Assembly (NCBI GenBank): GCA_965649765.1
Contig: OZ287752.1
Location: 18,972,001-19,036,000, forward strand
Origin: Bispira polyomma
Taxonomy: Eukaryota
DNA: 64,000 nt
Reading direction: 5' to 3'
Position 1 is the stretch's first letter; each line of letters begins with the position of its first letter. Positions 59,916 through 64,000 of this stretch are shown in pieces. The position numbers and the translations under genes were made by a program. Under the pieces are notes generated by a model that ran no database searches, was not told the DNA's origin, and worked only from the letters and a program-made list of their open reading frames with translations.

Positions 59916-62195
59916 CTGATTTTACATTATACACAGTACAGTGAAATTTTAGTTACCTGAACTTGTGGGGACAGCATTTCCTTTTGTATAATAGAGACAG
60001 TAATGTAACAATATTGTGGTCAGATACTAAGACATGTGAAAAAGAGATTGGAATGTAAGAAGTAATGTCCAGAAAACAATTCCTCTGGGTCCAAAGTCAA
60101 AATGTCTGATCAGTAAGACTTTTAACAAAGTAGAAAAAAATTAAAGTAAAAGTTATATTATTTACAAAGTTATGAGAATTATTCAGTGTGTACATTCAAC
60201 ATCAGGAGGGGCTTAATATCAGGAGTAATTCACATTGTTTTGCATATATATGTGTTTGAGTGACCTTCTAATATCTTCATTAACAGAAAAATTACACCAT
60301 TCTCTGCTTCAAATAAAACTACATCATAGATCCAAATTATGTTTGCATTATATGTATGTGTATTGGTGTATTCTGTATTATTGGTATATAATGACCTGCT
60401 GGCCTATTAAAGTGGTTATGACGACATTAGATAAGGTAGACTGTTAGTGCTATATCTGTGATAGATTAGAACTATCTAGGGCACAGCAACATCATAATTT
60501 ATTGGTGTCACATTTGTGAAATCACCCCAATCACCCCAGCCTCGTCTGTGGCACGGGCAACAGCTAGTTAATATTATTTTCTTAACAAAAACAGTCTCTC
60601 TCTGTTACTGTATTCCAGATGTAAAGTACACTCTGACAAGGTGCATATATCATCTTTAATAAGACTGGGTGGGTCATTATTAACATTTAATCCTTAGCTT
60701 AAAGATAGTCTGTGGTATCCTTAGATTTTGCTTTAAATAATAAGTCTGTATCTCTACATAAGTGTTTACGTCACACAAACTGATTACACAGGTTTCCATT
60801 CTGTTAAATAGAATTTGTTGTTTCTCTTGCTTTCTAATTCATAAGAAAACACACAGACTATAATATTAGTATTTACTTCCTTATTAGTTTGTGTGTAAAG
60901 TAGTGTGAACATTAATGGTAGTACTTATTTATACAATTATAGTACAAATATAAATACTCTATATAATATGTCAGCAATCAAACACTTACATTTTATGAAA
61001 TTTACGGAGTCACTAGTATAAAAAGAACATTCTTTATTACAAGTCAAAATAAAATAATGATTCATATTTATTTACAAACCACAAATATTAAATAAATCCA
61101 ATTTCAGTCACATTGTTTTGGATGTGTATTTTTAATTTATATACTTTGTTTATCTATGTACTTTCAATGAACCCTAAAACATGATAATTAGTCAAGTAAT
61201 GTGTCACTGTTTCTTTACCTATTTTACAAATAGAACACAAATCATTTTGTATGAAAATATATAATTTATGGTGGAAGTTCAGGCACCTAAGACATATTGT
61301 GAGTCAAACTGGTTGATAAGTTGAGGCTTAGATGTAAAGACTTCACTTGATCATATGTCTCTGATTCTATGGTCTTACATAGGATGCAATAACATTTATG
61401 TTAGTATTTTTTCAAAATTTTGTAATGACAAGGATAATGGAGTTTTTGGTTTAATAAGACATGCTATTATCATTGGGATGTAAACATTATCAGTTTACAA
61501 AAACTCTGAATTAGTGTATATGGTATGTACACTGTGTTGAATAGCTTCTCAGTTCCTCATGAACAGTGACCTTCAAAGGTTATATGCTTTAAACCAAGTA
61601 GAGAGAGGCTGCAATTAAAAACTTATTACATACCATCTAAGTTAATCGTCTAATGCTAAAACTAAAAACACAGTAATTTCTTGAACTAATAAATGGCACC
61701 AGAGGTTAGGTTAAGATCATTTGCTGGCCACCATAACTACACACATGACAGTTACGATCCTAAGATCCTTAAGTATGAATTTGAGAATGGTAATATTTAC
61801 TTTAACTAAAACAAAGTAGTCCTCAGAATTATAAGTTTAAAGGTGACCATAAATGATGAGTTTATTACAAATATTTACATAACATTTTCAGATATAATTG
61901 AATACAATTTTTTTTTATAAATATATGCAAGTACTGTAATAGTTTAGTGATGATACGTTAGTTATATAGTCCTTTATTCCATCCCCAGTTTATGTTTTAT
62001 TATTTTCTCTCTATTATGGTGATATTAACTATAGTTTTCATTAGTTATATACTTTATTCTTATGCTATACACAATTGTTTCATTACACTATTTCAAATAA
62101 TTTTTCAAACAAATACATTAAAGATTTATTACATTTTACATAATTATTGAAACGATGAAATCATACAAGTTTTTTTCTTCATTAGAAGTATTCTT

Positions 62196-64000
62196 CTAAT
62201 GAATGACATTATATGTCATATGCTGAAAATGATATTGGTGGGTAGCTTTGCAAATTGACAAATAAGTATTCAAGAAGAATCTTACAATTATACCAAAAAA
62301 TGTGTTGATATGACATACTATAGCAGACAGTTTTGAGCTATGCTTGGGTGACCAAATAGAATCCTTGCCTTTAGGTCAGTGCATTCACCAGGGGCTCTGG
62401 GTTCCTCAGGTTGTGTCATTTCATACAGAGCATTTCCAGTATTCCCCAAAACATTTTCGTTTGTAGCTGCAGGATGATCATTGTCAGACTGAAATGCAAT
62501 TTGCGAACTATAATGTAAAAAATTAGGTATAAACCATCAAGTTATTTCGATTTTTTCATACAGTTCACAGGTGTAGTTTATTTGTTTAGCACTCAAAAAT
62601 GACGACTACTTTTAACTACTCAAGTGCAATAACTAGCCTATAATTATAATCAACATATCTGTAGTAGTAAACCCTGAACTTCAAAAGTTATTAATGTCTC
62701 CAAAAGTGATCTGGTCTGCTACCAGAAATAAGCCAAAAACAATACAGGACCACCCATTCTAGTGCTCATTCAAGCCATTATGTATCTCCATGTAACTGAT
62801 ACAGAGTACACAGCTGCTATGGTCGATAATAATTTTGTCTACTAAGGCACAGTATCAAACAAAATTGGTAACATAATTAAACATTTGGAAGGTATGAAAT
62901 TGGAGTATGTGAATGAATACAACACACTACAGTCCCCACAGCCTCTATATAGGCTATCAGTATTTATTTCACTGGGATGTTTTGATAGGCAGGCAGGATC
63001 TGGACAGTCTTCCCAGCAACGGATACCAAATTTTGTTCAAACTAGTTTTCAGAAACCGTGAGGCCAATGAGGTTCCTATTTGGCACACATGTTTGTTAAA
63101 AGGGTGTCGATTTCTATGGTGTGATTTTACCCGAATAATGTAGGGTTTCGGCATCCTCGATGTAAGTAATATATTGTTATTTATATGATAACTGCAAGTC
63201 TATATCTTATTCAATTTTGTAGAATTATAAGATTAATACTATGCTACAGAATAGTGCTTACATTTGTAGACTTTTTACTGTGTATCCTATGTCTGCCACT
63301 ATTTTACAATATAAATGCAGCCACAGCGACAATAATCAGCAATCCAGCTATAATTGAAATTACTACGAGTCAAGCAATGAATGCAATATGTTTATCATCA
63401 GTTTCGTCTATTGCAATAAAAAAAATTATTTCAATTCATAAATAAGTCTAATATAATATTAATTCAATTGTATTTACAATATGTAACCACAAAATATAAA
63501 AGGTAAATATACCTCTTTTGTCAATCACAGTAAACATCTTCACTACAACCTTGTCTTCATCTTGAAAGGCCATTATAAGGTAAATATATTCTAGATAACC
63601 TTCACTTAGAGCCAAAGAATAGTGGTTTATTGATGTAACATTCAAAATTGATGTGCTGTCTTGTTCCTCATTGTTACACATAAATATGCCAACATAACTA
63701 TATATTCCTTCTATAGAAGCCCACTGAAATACCATCCTTTAGTAATGGTCCAGCTAGAAATACAAAGAAAAACATATATCTTCATCTTTGAATTGTACAA
63801 AATGTACAAAATGTGGAACTTGTTATTTTTTACATAGAGGCAATAATGTAACTTATGCCTGATGTAGATATCAAAATCTCAGGCTGAGGAAGACTTTCAC
63901 CCTACTAATTTGTGGCTTGAAGCTTAAAGTTATACTTGGTTTCTGGTTGTAAGTCTGTGTCACTTTGTAGATAATTCACTTATCCCAGAAGAATACATCT
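62196..64000 (-). pseudogene. Paralog 3 of the Ig-FN3-TM receptor (3' part; continues beyond the window), probable pseudogene
   Basis: Close copy of paralog 2: FN3 exon ~63860-64000 with indels, exon ~63512-63752, TM exon 63262-63407 with TGA and TAA stops, tail exons 62369-62488 and 62196-62222 (HMTYNVIH*); 3' flank homologous to 27500-28250. Confidence 0.88.

Noticed and set aside
62369-63407. Paralog 3 as a secreted or activating paired receptor
   Set aside because: Two TM-exon stops plus FN3 indels point to pseudogene decay; no charged TM residue

Overview
AT-rich invertebrate (metazoan) genomic DNA. The host content is a minus-strand tandem cluster of three nephrin/sidestep-like Ig-superfamily receptor genes. 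The middle one can be assembled intact from 13 exons (28254-56477, 1035 aa: signal peptide, 7 Ig, FN3, a divergent Cys-pair FN3-like domain, TM, Tyr-motif/ITIM tail). The two flanking paralogs are pseudogenes. The introns hold at least six Ngaro-like tyrosine-recombinase (YR) retrotransposons or remnants: one complete with A1-ORFs-B1-A2-B2 split direct repeats, one with all ORFs but a single B, and four decayed. There are also L2, L1/Tx1 and other LINE fragments, a Harbinger transposon, a tRNA-derived SINE and small repeats. Comparing the YR copies suggests an expression scheme I have not seen spelled out for this family. The recombinase appears to be made from a spliced mRNA as a Gag-N(zinc finger)-YR fusion (conserved phase-1 donor and acceptor). 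Gag-Pol appears to be made by amber readthrough in one lineage and by a -1 frameshift in another. A conserved bulged RNA hairpin sits in the A2-B2 spacer, and a TGT core marks the termini. All comparisons were done by eye and need computational and RNA confirmation.
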